From positions 1 through 59,728 of the IMG/VR virus record IMGVR_UViG_3300042914_003096: a stretch of 59,728 nucleotides of DNA. One strand, written 5' to 3'. Source of the DNA: a virus (taxonomy: Duplodnaviria; Caudoviricetes). The notes below the pieces were generated by a model, which was not told where the DNA came from, did no database searches, and saw only the letters and a program-made list of their open reading frames with translations. Shown piece after piece: positions 57,347-59,728 of this stretch (positions are counted from its first letter, which is position 1; each line of letters starts with the position of its first letter). Both the position numbers and the translations under genes were made by a program.

Positions 57347-57996
57347 GTTTTAAAAAATTATTAACGTCAGGAAAAGTATGGATTACATCCGATACACACT
57401 TTGGACATAAAAATATTGTGCGAGGTGTTACAAACTGGCGTACGCAAGAAGGTGAAGTACCGGTTAGTTCAACAAGGGATTTTCAAACAATTGAACAAAT
57501 GAATAATCGACTTGTTGATGGTATAAATAATGTTGTTGGTCAGGATGATACACTTATTATGCTTGGTGATGTTTCATTTGGTGGGTTTGATAATATTGGA
57601 ATTTTTCTTGAAAGACTGGTTTGTCATAATATTCATTTGATACTTGGAAATCACGATCACCACATTGAAAATAATCGTGACTATGTGCAAGGAAGGTTTT
57701 TAAGTGTCCAACACTATCTTGAAGTAAACATTGAAGGTAAAGATTTTGTTTTATGTCATTATCCACTCCAAAGTTGGCACGGACTTAACAAAGGTGTTAT
57801 TCATCTTCACGGACACGTACATCTATCTGAAAACAATAAATTTGGTAATGGAAAAAGAATGGATGTTGGTGTTGATGGTAACGGAATGGACCCTTACAGT
57901 ATTTTCGATATCATTAAAATTATGGATAAAAGACCGATTGGATCTGATATGACAAATGATCATCACTTGGATGATTTGATTGGTGTTGTGGGTTAA
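57343..57996 (+). CDS. Calcineurin-like metallophosphoesterase
   Basis: SDTHFGH, LGD, GNHD, CHYP, HGHVH, DVGVD. Confidence 0.88.
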   Translation: MSFKKLLTSGKVWITSDTHFGHKNIVRGVTNWRTQEGEVPVSSTRDFQTIEQMNNRLVDGINNVVGQDDTLIMLGDVSFGGFDNIGIFLERLVCHNIHLILGNHDHHIENNRDYVQGRFLSVQHYLEVNIEGKDFVLCHYPLQSWHGLNKGVIHLHGHVHLSENNKFGNGKRMDVGVDGNGMDPYSIFDIIKIMDKRPIGSDMTNDHHLDDLIGVVG

Positions 57997-58022
57997 ACCA
58001 TAACACCAATATATTTATAGGT

Positions 58023-59279
58023 ATGACAAAAATTATTTTAACAGAATCTCAATTTAATAACCTTACCAGATCTTTAGTTAGTGAAGCGGTGGGTGTTCCT
58101 GAATATATATTAGAATCAGGGGAAAAACTTTATCAATCGGTTTCAAAAGTTTTAAAAAACATAAATGATAAAGAGACTAACTATGAATTTGATATTGATG
58201 ATGTTGAATTACCTATTTCTGATATAATTGTTGACAACATTTATTTATCAATCGTTGTTGAAGAAATTGATGGTTATAATGGTCCTGTACTTATTGGTGC
58301 TATGGGATCTGGAGAAAGACATCATTTTGATGAAGGATTAATGATGCAGGTAAATGAAAAAACAAAAACACTTATTTTAAGTATTACTTATTTGGCTTCA
58401 CCAGAATGGGAACCTGAAGATCTTTATGATGTATTCACAAAAGATAAAATACAAACAACTTCAGTATTATCTCACGAATTGATGCATAAATTTTCACACT
58501 TTAAAAAACCATATGAATTAATGGGTGGAACATCAGATTATGGAGCTTATAGTTCAGGTAGTATGCAATTTGGAATTTCAGTAATTAATGATTTCATGAA
58601 ATATAGCTATTATATACAAATAGCTGAAAATCTTGTAAGACCAACCGAATTGGCATCAAGAATGGTTCAAAAAGGAATAACAAAAGATCAATTCTATGAT
58701 TTTTTCAATAGTGATGAAATTATTGTTGAGTTGAAAAATATAAAAAATTTCACTTATGAATATTTAATAGAATCATTAAATGATCAAATGGATCAAATAG
58801 ATGACCTTTTAATGCATCTTGATATAGACATAACCGTTATGTCTGACGATGAAAAAATAAAAGAAACATTAAGATTGGTTTATGTTAATTTAGCTAGTAC
58901 GAAAGTAGAGATATTTGATAGAATGTTCTACACCACACAAGAAAAAATATTTAGAGAACTTGGACCACTGGCGGGGCTTTTTGGTAGAGGTATAGAACCA
59001 TCAGAAGAGAAGGAAAATGTTAGAAACAATTACATAAACTACGTTATTAAATATCAAAATAGAGAAATAGACTTTTTTAAAGATGAATGTGATAGGTTCA
59101 ATTATGTATCAACAAAGCTTATAAAAAGGTTATCCAAAATCTATTCACTATTAAGTGAGTCAAAAATACGAGAAGAAGAAAACTGTATCATTAATTGGGA
59201 TTTGTACCACGAAATGATGGAAAAAAAGTATGGTAGAAGAAAAATAGATACTGAACTTAAGTACCGATTTAAAAAATAA
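58023..59279 (+). CDS. Zincin-like (HExxH) protein with MTKIILTESQF leader
   Basis: LSHELMH; leader motif; ATATTTAT upstream. Confidence 0.6.
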   Translation: MTKIILTESQFNNLTRSLVSEAVGVPEYILESGEKLYQSVSKVLKNINDKETNYEFDIDDVELPISDIIVDNIYLSIVVEEIDGYNGPVLIGAMGSGERHHFDEGLMMQVNEKTKTLILSITYLASPEWEPEDLYDVFTKDKIQTTSVLSHELMHKFSHFKKPYELMGGTSDYGAYSSGSMQFGISVINDFMKYSYYIQIAENLVRPTELASRMVQKGITKDQFYDFFNSDEIIVELKNIKNFTYEYLIESLNDQMDQIDDLLMHLDIDITVMSDDEKIKETLRLVYVNLASTKVEIFDRMFYTTQEKIFRELGPLAGLFGRGIEPSEEKENVRNNYINYVIKYQNREIDFFKDECDRFNYVSTKLIKRLSKIYSLLSESKIREEENCIINWDLYHEMMEKKYGRRKIDTELKYRFKK

Positions 59280-59324
59280 TTTGTGGAAGTAGTTAGTTAA
59301 CCGTTTATACAACAAAAAAATTAA

Positions 59325-59350
59325 ATCCCTTCTTTATGGAGGGATTTTTT
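59325..59350 (+). terminator. Intrinsic terminator
   Basis: AATCCCTTC-tttat-GGAGGGATT followed by a T run. Confidence 0.75.
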
Positions 59351-59383
59351 GTTTTATTAAAGAAAGTTTTTTATATTTGTTCT

Positions 59384-59701
59384 ATGAATTTTGAAATGAC
59401 GATAGAGGACTTTAGACAAGACAAACACAAAAGTTTTACAAAACTTGTGATCAAAGGTGTTAATTCTACTATAGATGGTGAATATACAATCAAAGAAATG
59501 GCAAACTTTGGTAATGGTTTTTGGTTTTATACTAATGAAGCTCACACTTTAATCGGTTATGCACCTATGACAAAAGGTCAATCTGTTGACGGTTGGGATG
59601 TTACATTCTTTAGAAATAGAACTGAGTTGAGAGTAACATACAAGTCAAACAAAAACTATATGGAAAAAAGAATCCAGGTTGATAAATTTTATTTTATCTA
59701 A
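59384..59701 (+). CDS. Hypothetical protein
   Basis: ATG at 59384 just after TATATTTG. Confidence 0.55.
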   Translation: MNFEMTIEDFRQDKHKSFTKLVIKGVNSTIDGEYTIKEMANFGNGFWFYTNEAHTLIGYAPMTKGQSVDGWDVTFFRNRTELRVTYKSNKNYMEKRIQVDKFYFI

Positions 59702-59728
59702 CGTCCGATGATAAACAATCGTTTTAAT

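Noticed and set aside
1-59728. Alternative genetic code (stop-codon reassignment)
   Set aside because: Standard-code ORFs tile the window densely, TAA, TAG and TGA all end genes, and no suppressor tRNA was seen
1-59728. Bacterial chromosome or eukaryotic giant virus origin
   Set aside because: Endolysin/holins, homing endonucleases, tRNA arrays, dense small hypothetical genes and Bacteroidota-type promoters fit a large bacteriophage better, although no capsid or terminase gene is in this window

Overview
AT-rich, gene-dense 59.7 kb segment of a large tailed phage (jumbo-type). The host is probably a Bacteroidota bacterium, judged from TTG-N20-TAnnTTTG promoters, A-rich leaders without Shine-Dalgarno sequences, and a T9SS-type C-terminal domain. 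A second motif, ATATTTAT (putative late promoter), precedes many genes that share an N-terminal 'LTESDL...IKE'-type leader. Recognisable genes: DnaJ, a LAGLIDADG and a GIY-YIG endonuclease, two DNA methyltransferases, glutaredoxin, a DHH phosphoesterase, GH73 and GH19 lysins, holins, a PAS histidine kinase with a receiver protein inside the lysis cluster, an SPFH protein, a thymidylate synthase split in two, a thioesterase, metallophosphoesterases, GT2 and a P-loop kinase. RNA content: an ~900-nt structured ncRNA (GOLLD-like), two tRNA arrays (~18 tRNAs, many atypical, one with a group I intron), anticodon-less tRNA-like RNAs and other stem-closed small RNAs. Best candidate for a new system: each tRNA array begins with a short leader ORF overlapping an antiterminator/terminator switch, and the leader codons largely match the tRNAs downstream. 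This suggests ribosome-stalling attenuators that switch on phage tRNAs when host tRNAs are depleted. An ArfA-like ribosome-rescue peptide sits directly behind the second switch. All calls come from manual reading and motif recognition; no database searches or folding programs were run.
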